A stretch of DNA of 63,061 bases, filler included, from Licmophora abbreviata (lineage: Eukaryota): assembly GCA_900291995.1 (NCBI GenBank). It is 13 parts of 13 records of this genome, joined end to end, with 100 filler letters (N's around TTAATTAATTAA, not from the genome) between each part and the next. Parts side by side here need not be neighbours in the genome. Positions count along the whole stretch, not along the records: positions 59,007 to 60,051 come from OLMU01004331.1; positions 60,152 to 63,061 come from OLMU01004333.1; 11 more parts are not named here. The stretch is one strand, 5' to 3'. Made by a program: the position numbers and the translations under genes. Below, one piece after another: positions 59,007 through 63,061 of the stretch. The notes below the pieces were generated by a model, which did no database searches, was not told where the DNA came from, and saw only the letters and a list, made by a program, of their open reading frames with translations. Position 1 is the stretch's first letter, and every line of letters starts with the position of its first letter.

Positions 59007-60051
59007 CTATGCTGTCATACGAGCACCACACCGTCGTAAGATTATCGTTCTATTTCGGGGGTCGACAACTACCAAGGATTGGATGATGAATATGCAGTCT
59101 GTACTCCGCGATGTACCGAATCCAGTCGAAGAAGAGGGACAGCCAGAGGTGATTGGGATTCATCATGGATTTCAAGGTATGTATTAGCCAAGTGGCTGTG
59201 AACCCGAAGGTCACCGTCACTAGCTGACACCTTGCGATTGTGCGTAGACTATCTTTTCGGACAACTCAACATGAACGCGATAAACTCCCCCGACGACTCC
59301 AACGAGAAGAGCAACCCGAGGCGGCGACGACACGATCTGACGAACAAATGCCAAAAGATTCTCTCTCTCGTCGGTCGTTTGTTAGAAGAAAATCCCGGAT
59401 TCAGCCTATGGATAATGGGCCACAGCTTGGGTGGTGCATTGGCTTCGTTGTTAGCATCGGAAGCGGCGGCGTCCGCGGATCCCAGGATTCCAAAGCCAGT
59501 TGTGTGCCACAGCATCGGCGCACCGAAAGTAGGTAATCTACAATACCGACTCGCGGTAGAGGTACGAAGAATTGTTTTCGATATAAGGTTTGTGTCATGA
59601 GGTTCTTTGTTTTGACACTTTCAAGATGAATGCCCGCTTGACTCTTAACCGGTAGGCTCTCGAACGACAGGGGAAACTGCGTTTTGTGCGGGTGGAGAAC
59701 CAAGGCGACGCGGTGCCACTGAATTGTTGCAAAAAATCATTTCTCAATGCTTCGTATCGGCACGTCGGAATGAAACTCTTGCTGATGGCTCCATGGAGGA
59801 ACTCGTATCGCCTCTATCATCCAACGTCGGGCGACAAGGGAAAGTGCCGGCTGTATATGTGGGTTCTGTCGCAGCGGGTCAAGCAGACGGCGAGTTTCGC
59901 GGTGTGTGCGCCCCTCGTCTGTCTCTCTTGCTGCGGTGTTGCTCGGAAGACTCTTCTAGCGCATGGATGTATAGAATACCTGCGGCGATTAGAGCACTAC
60001 AAGGGCAGCCTTGACAAGATATACCTGGACGAGCTGTACGACGACTATCTC
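59007..60051 (+). CDS. Class 3 lipase, copy 2 (both ends in gaps)
   Basis: Same motifs (FRGS, GHSLGG, GAPKVGN) and the same intron positions as copy 1. Confidence 0.85.
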
Positions 60052-60151
60052 NNNNNNNNNNNNNNNNNNNNNNNNNNNNNNNNNNNNNNNNNNNNTTAAT
60101 TAATTAANNNNNNNNNNNNNNNNNNNNNNNNNNNNNNNNNNNNNNNNNNNN

Positions 60152-61356
60152 GAGACTGTTCAGCAGCAGCACCGACTCTAACGTCTCTCCAGCAGTCGCC
60201 ACTACAGCTTCTCCCAAGACGAAGAAGCTAGGATTGCTCACGTTTGATTTGGACGACACACTTTATCCGATTGCTCCTGTGCTCGATGAGGCCAACTCGG
60301 CCTTCGCCAAGGCAATGAAGAATTTCGGGTATCCGCATATTCAACCGTCAGACATTGTTGAAACGGGCAAGCGTATTCGAAGTAACCTAGCACAGCAAGA
60401 TCCCGAAGCGGCGGCAATTTTGACACATACGGAGGTGAGGCTTCTAGCGATTCGAGAGGAAATGGAAAGCTACATTATTGAAAAGAAGTTGAAGGATACG
60501 GCAGAGGACTGGGCGACACAGGTCGAGCATTTGAACAAGGTTGTAGTGGACAGCGCAAAAAAGTAAGTCTGAATTGAATGACAGATAACGAGCGACATTC
60601 ATCATGCTTCTGAATTGCTCATGTGCGCTCAATTGTCCCTTGGCGCACAGATGGGCCAAGACGGCAGTACAGCCGAGTGTCGTGCAGGCAGTGTATACGA
60701 CGTGGGAGATGGAACGCTACCATGCGGCCGAGCGGCTCTTGTATGCCGAGGTGCTGGATGTTCTCCAAGAGATCAAAGACGAGAACCCTGGTGTCATCAT
60801 TGGTGCAGTGACCGATGGACGCGCGAATCCCTTGCTCATGACGTTTACCCTAGCTCCGTACTTTGATTTTTGTTTGAGCTGGGAGGACGATCAGGGTAAG
60901 CGCAGCGAGTTCTTCAAGGAATTGAGTAATGTTGAAGGCAATGCAGACCTGACGTGGATCTATAAGGCGGCAAAGGAAAAGTATCGAGTATTGAGTGAGT
61001 CGGCTGCCGAAGTCAACCTGGCAGCTGCTTCGGGAGAAATCACGGAGCTGACGGATCCTCTGGATTTGGAAAGTGCCTGCTGGATCCATGTAGGAGATGA
61101 TTTGGCATACGATGTTGGTGGTAGTGCGGAGTGTGGCGCCAAGACGATTCTTGTGGAGCTACTCGAGTCGTACGGTCAAACGGCACGCAAGCGATTTGAA
61201 GCGGAGGAACTACCATCATGGTCGACATCTCCTCAAAAGGAACTTGATAATCACAAGCGAATGAACGAGGCGGCAGAAAAGTATGTGGATGAAAGGATTG
61301 ATCGGCTGACGCGATTGCCAGAAGCGATTCAGAACATATTGGAAGGGAATGAATAG
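60152..61356 (+). CDS. HAD-superfamily hydrolase (5' end in gap; intron 60563-60650)
   Basis: Motif I TFDLDDTLY, motif II AVTDG, motif IV IHVGDDLAYDV. Confidence 0.88.
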
Positions 61357-61513
61357 GATGAAGGAGATCAAATCACGAGGTCGTGGTCACACACGCAGGA
61401 GGAGATGTGACTGGTGCTCCTTGTCCAGCGAAGTCAAATGTTCTAAACTAGTATTTCTGCATTCTACCCTACTCTAGCTGTTGACTCATGTATTGCAGTG
61501 CCGTAGGGCCCTA

Positions 61514-63051
61514 CTAGACCGTGGCTTCTTCCGCTGTCAAGGCCTTCTCCAATCGAGCACAAGCTTCGATGACACTCTCTCGAGGGGCAAACGCACTCAG
61601 ACGTAGGAACCCCTCTCCTCCTGGTCCAAATCCTGCTCCAGGAATCGTCACCACTTGTGCCTTTTCCATTATGGTTGTAAAGGCATCCCACGAGCCACCC
61701 AAACTCTCAGGAAGTTTCACAAAGACATACGGAGCGTCCGTACCACCATACACGGTGAAACCAATGCCTTCCATCGTTTCTCGCAGAATCTTGGCATTCT
61801 CCAAGTAGTAATCGATCAACGTGTCGATTTCCTTCATTCCATCGTCGTCCAAACAAGCCATACCGCCACTCTGCACAATGTTACTGGCACCGTTGAAGGC
61901 CGTTGTCATGACACGGTTAAAGTCCTGCTTAACGGGCGTTCCGTCTTTGAACTTAAGATCGGAAGGAATCACCGTCCATCCCAACCGGACTCCTGTGAAT
62001 CCAGCATATTTACTGAAAGAATTCACTTCGATCGCCACCTCTCGTGCTCCCTCGACCTCAAAGATACTCTTGGGAACGCCTTCGGAACGAATAAAAGGGG
62101 CATAAGCAGCGTCAAAGACAAGAATACTACCACGCTCTTTGCAGACTTTGACAATGCTTTCAAGCTGCTCCTTCGTTGCTGCGGCTCCCGTCGGGTTGCT
62201 ATGTAACGGAGGGTATGTGATCATGTGAGAGGAGTGAAACAGTTTGACCGGGGCGAGACTAGTTGAGGACGACTCCTCGTACTCACTTGGGGGAGCACAA
62301 ATAGACAACATCGGCACGTGGCAGGCTTTCGTAATCAGGAAAGAAGCCGTTTTCTTCTGTGCAAGGCATGTAGACAATGTTGTCGTACTGCATGGTACTT
62401 TCGTCCTGACCACCCGTCTGGCCCATCATGACGGACGCTGTCGCAGGAGACGAGAGACAAGTTAGAGCTCAATCAAGGCAGCGTGACGGAACAAACACAT
62501 AGAGAAACACTCATCAAGTACTCACTATCGACATAGACTGGATACGACGGATCCTGTACAGCGCTCACAACACCACTGCCAAACATTTGCTGCAGTCGCA
62601 TGATGTCACATTTGGCACCGTCGCTCACAAAGACCTCATCCGCTTGAATTAGTCCACCGTAAAGCTTCTCTGCAATCTTTTCGCGAAGTGCCTGCATGCC
62701 CTGTTCGGCACCATAGCCGGAATAGCCTTCCTTGTTTCCCAATTTGCTCGCGCCGTTGACCAATCCACCAAGAATGTGTTCGGGGATGGGCTGCGTCGTG
62801 TCACCGATGCCAAGACTAATCAGCGAGTCCGCCATTTCAGGATTCTCTTCAAGATACTTGGTACGACGACGGCCAATCTCAGGGAACAAATATCCGCCGG
62901 CCAGTTTTCCAAAGTTGGGGTTGCGATCGACACCGGACATGGAGAGGGCCGTGCGTCGGGAAGGAGTGGTACCAATGGTGCGTGGGGCAAAGGCCGAAAC
63001 TCCGGTCGTCGTGACGACCAGAACGCTGACGGCTGCAACGGAAAACTTCAT
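61514..63051 (-). CDS. dapL: Plastid LL-diaminopimelate aminotransferase (introns 62438-62525 and 62199-62286)
   Basis: VSA-FAP presequence; [73 protein letters not shown]. Confidence 0.95.
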
Positions 63052-63061
63052 CTTTGTTTCG

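Overview
Eukaryotic nuclear DNA, most likely a pennate diatom. The evidence is short GT-AG introns (about 80-120 bp), bipartite plastid presequences with the ASAFAP-type motif, dapL and diatom-type ankyrin, LRR and GPCR families. The window is a scaffold of 13 contigs joined by twelve artificial 100-nt linkers (N44-TTAATTAATTAA-N44), so adjacency across gaps is uncertain. Housekeeping genes include G6PD, a plastid formate/nitrite transporter, a nucleotide-sugar transporter, a pseudouridine synthase, an NAD(P)-binding protein, a SET-domain protein, a HAD hydrolase and dapL. These are interleaved with many locally duplicated families. The most striking is six secreted proteins with a Pro/Ser/Thr stalk, a conserved C-terminal domain I cannot name and an intron at the same position, with a 7TM receptor gene among them. 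Also present are two secreted Cys-rich stalk proteins ending in a cystine-knot-pattern module, three tandem ankyrin-like genes, two M43 proteases, two class-3 lipases, and a SAP-Ycf45-ZnF gene next to a SAP-ZnF derivative lacking the ATPase. Two secreted proteins look bacterial (a patatin-like protein and an NHL-like propeller). All calls come from reading motifs by eye; no searches were run.
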